Below are positions 61,535 through 64,000 of a stretch of 64,000 bases of DNA, piece by piece. The DNA is from an uncultured Nitrososphaerota archaeon (GTDB lineage Archaea > Thermoproteota > Nitrososphaeria > Nitrososphaerales > CADDZS01). Every line of letters begins with the position of its first letter. Position 1 is the stretch's first letter. The notes beneath the pieces are model-generated. The model had not been told where the DNA came from, did not search any database, and saw only the letters and a list, made by a program, of their open reading frames with translations. The DNA is taken from contig CAWCYI010000004.1 in NCBI GenBank assembly GCA_963799845.1, positions 416,001-480,000 of the forward strand, read 5' to 3'. Made by a program: the position numbers and the translations under genes.

Positions 61535-61813
61535 TCAATAATTTCTTCCGGTAAGCTGATTTCTAGATTGTCTACCTCTTTTGTCTCTCTTTGTCATTTC
61601 TTCAAGGTAGGCGACTCCTTGCGGCGTTATTTCGTATTTCTCGTTTTGCAGATTGAGGTATTGGTCTGTAACCATGGCGTCAAGAGTTTCGGCACATCTC
61701 TTACGTGACATCTTCGTAATCGACGTTATCTTGTTCCTAGTCAGTCCATTACGAATGGTCAAGATTTTCAGTATCTTCTTTTCGTGGACAGTTTGCGAGG
61801 TCTTCGTCCTCAT
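61535..61813 (-). CDS. small winged-helix protein
   Basis: ILKIL...LTRNKI...LDAMV..QYL...KYEITPQG. Confidence 0.75.
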   Translation of the reverse strand: MRTKTSQTVHEKKILKILTIRNGLTRNKITSITKMSRKRCAETLDAMVTDQYLNLQNEKYEITPQGVAYLEEMTKRDKRGRQSRNQLTGRNY

Positions 61814-61922
61814 CTGTTAAGCACCCAATTTGAGCAGCTCGAAAATTATCAAGTCACGGTTTTGTAGTGATATATCGATTACTCGAACGAACGGCTGGCT
61901 GAAAACGTGGGGCGTCTAGAAT

Positions 61923-62111
61923 TCAACTCGTGTTCGAGATCAAGGCTTTCCATGTCACAAAGTGTTTGCAATTGGAGCAGGGCGTGGAATATCCCGGACT
62001 TGGATTTTCCGCAAGAGGTTCTTTCGCGACCTGGACTAGCCTAGAGAAAGCCGTTTTGCAGATGCACGAGCATGTTCGTTCCTGCTTCTCGATGTCACAG
62101 TGCTTGCACAA
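61923..62111 (-). CDS. small Cys-rich hypothetical protein
   Basis: CKHC, CSCIC and CSNCKH within 62 aa. Confidence 0.45.
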   Translation of the reverse strand: MCKHCDIEKQERTCSCICKTAFSRLVQVAKEPLAENPSPGYSTPCSNCKHFVTWKALISNTS

Positions 62112-62275
62112 TTATGATAACACCGTCAGCATGAATATTCTCAGAGCTGATATTTACAGCCCTAACACGATTCTCAATAATGATACTGAAGGAGAAAATC
62201 AAGTGCTCGAATATTTGTATCTAGATGAACTCCCGTCAAAACAAATTAAACACTCTCCTAATGAAGAGGGATTGC

Positions 62276-63291
62276 ATGCTGTTTCGCAATCTTGGAAGAA
62301 ATTGTGGATTGAAAGTCTCTCCTATCTGTCTGGGTACGCAATATTTTGGGACTTCAATCGAAGAGCCAGAAGCAATAAAGATTTTCAATCATGCAATCAA
62401 TTCCGGCATCAATTTTGTCGATACTGCAGATATCTACGGTGGCGGTGAGTCAGAAATCGTCGTCGGGAAGGCGATCCAAGGAAGACGCGAAGACATTGTT
62501 CTTGCCACCAAAGTTTTTGATCGACGGGTGACGGGCCGAACGATGGAGGCCTCAGTAGGTATCACATCCTAGGCGGATTAGAAAAGAGCCTGGAGCGCCT
62601 GAAGACCGATTACATCGATATTTACCTGCTTCACGACCCTGACTATCTTACGCCGATCGAGGAAACTCTTCGCACGCTGGATATGTGCGTGAAGGACGGA
62701 AAGATTCGATACATCGGTTGCTGCAATTTTTATTCATGGCTTCTCATGGAGGCGTTGGCGAAAAGCGAGGGGTTGAATCTCGAAAAGTTCGTCTGCACCC
62801 AGCCATTGTACAACATCGTCAACAGGGACATCGAGGTGGAACTCCTGCCTCTATGTGAGAAATATGGAATCGGAGTTACATGCTACAGTCCGCTGGCTCG
62901 CGGTGTCCTCGCGGCAAAGTATCATTCTGGAGAGGAACCGCCCCCGGACTCGAGAGCAGGCAAGGGGAATAAAAGACTCTTTGAGACAGAATGGCGCGAA
63001 GAAAGTTTTCGAGTCGCCGACAAGCTCAAGGAGATCGCCAGTTCGCATGGAAGTACGGTCACTCAATTTGCTCTCGGATGGGTTCTCGCAAATCCTTCGA
63101 TTACTTCTGCGATAATTGGGCCAAGAAATTTAGAGCAGTTGAAGGACAACCTGGGGGCTCTGGATTTGACGATTACTCGGGAGGACGAAAAACTGGTCAA
63201 CGAACTCGTTACACCAGGAGAGCACACCGACAGAGAATTCAACAATCCAGATTATCCGGTGAGGGGCCGGCCGATCGTTAAAGAAAAATAG
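62276..63291 (+). CDS. aldo/keto reductase, frameshift near 62520
   Basis: DTADIYG, LATK, DYIDIYLLH, GKIRYIG, YSPLARG and AIIGPR. Confidence 0.92.
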
Positions 63292-63336
63292 AAAAGACCG
63301 CCGTTTGACGACGTTCCATTCTCAGGTTGGAATGAG

Positions 63337-64000
63337 TTGTCGAAGAAAATCACATTCGGAATCGTATTGCCCACGAGGGGCGTCCTGTTCTCAGGTTCAG
63401 ATCCTAGAAAGGACGTTATCGGACTTTCGAGGTTGACCGAAGAGTACGGTTACGATGGAGTGTGGGCTGGCGACAGCATTCTCGCAAAGCCTCGGTTGGA
63501 TTCGATTTCCGTTCTCTCCGCGGTAGCTGGAGCAACTGAGAGGCTTAAACTGGGAACTTCGTGTTTTGCAAGCTTTCCATTGAGGCATCCGATACTTCTT
63601 GGATATCAGTGGGCGACGCTTGACCAGCTTTCCGGCGGGAGGACTATACTCGTCGTCTGTCAGGGGACTCCGACGGGGCATGGCCCGATCTACAGGAATG
63701 AGTACGACGCGTTCGGAATTTCGCCGAAGGACAAGGTGGAGAGGATAGAGGAGGGCATCGAGATCTTGCGAAAGATATGGAGCGAAGACAATGTATCTTA
63801 CAACGGGAAGATCTTCAAGTTCAAGGACGTGACGGTGCAGCCAAAGCCCGCGCAGAAAAATTGTCCGATCTGGATCGCGTCGAACCCGCGCTCCACCGGC
63901 GAGCTTGAAGGTCCACCCGGAAATATCGAGGCAAACTTTGACCGGGTGGGCAAGTACGCAGATGGCTGGATGACGACGATGGTCAGCCCGGATGAATTCA
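63337..64000 (+). CDS. LLM-class (luciferase-like/Mer) flavin or F420-dependent oxidoreductase, 3' partial; not in the ORF track
   Basis: The TTG 63337 frame is open to the window end: ITFGIVLP, GYDGVWAGDS, TERLKLGT, RHP and LDQLSGGR. Confidence 0.88.
   Translation, partial: MSKKITFGIVLPTRGVLFSGSDPRKDVIGLSRLTEEYGYDGVWAGDSILAKPRLDSISVLSAVAGATERLKLGTSCFASFPLRHPILLGYQWATLDQLSGGRTILVVCQGTPTGHGPIYRNEYDAFGISPKDKVERIEEGIEILRKIWSEDNVSYNGKIFKFKDVTVQPKPAQKNCPIWIASNPRSTGELEGPPGNIEANFDRVGKYADGWMTTMVSPDEF

Noticed and set aside
61930-62448. 172-aa plus-strand ORF
   Set aside because: It overlaps the AKR start in another frame and the Cys-rich ORF on the opposite strand, with no recognisable motifs
1-64000. 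CRISPR array, rRNA, IS elements or defence systems
   Set aside because: No regularly spaced repeats, rRNA-like sequence, transposase or cas motifs were seen on reading; a computational scan was not possible

Overview
Archaeal genomic window. Evidence: thermosome, Dph5-DUF357 fusion, DUF35/thiolase pairs, an intron-containing tRNA with BHB motifs, and TATA boxes about 30 nt upstream of start codons. By inference it comes from a heterotrophic, non-ammonia-oxidising Nitrososphaerota/TACK-type lineage. About 3-35 kb is a large acyl-CoA/fatty-acid catabolic cluster. It contains a split B12 mutase with isobutyryl-CoA-mutase specificity residues, 4 acyl-CoA dehydrogenases (one degenerate), ETF plus a FadF-like membrane oxidoreductase, and an Ltp3/Ltp4-like pair of Cys-less thiolase-fold proteins with two DUF35 partners. 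It also has two canonical thiolases, a CoA ligase, a hydratase, two hydroxyacyl-CoA dehydrogenases and a second, motif-eroded ETF-like pair. About 38-50 kb holds a BlaI/M48-M56 pair, a GT2 plus an NTase-fold gene, a B-family-like heme-copper oxidase with three cupredoxins, a tRNA-Tyr(GUA) split by three introns, and two Vgb-type beta-propeller surface proteins. A TACTA-N6-TAGTA-like palindrome recurs four times in intergenic DNA. The rest encodes a P450, penicillin acylase, FumC, thermosome, AKR and an LLM oxidoreductase. About 14 frame disruptions are scattered through the window; several are single-base indels in short homopolymers, so they are most likely long-read assembly errors. All assignments come from reading motifs by eye; no database searches were run.
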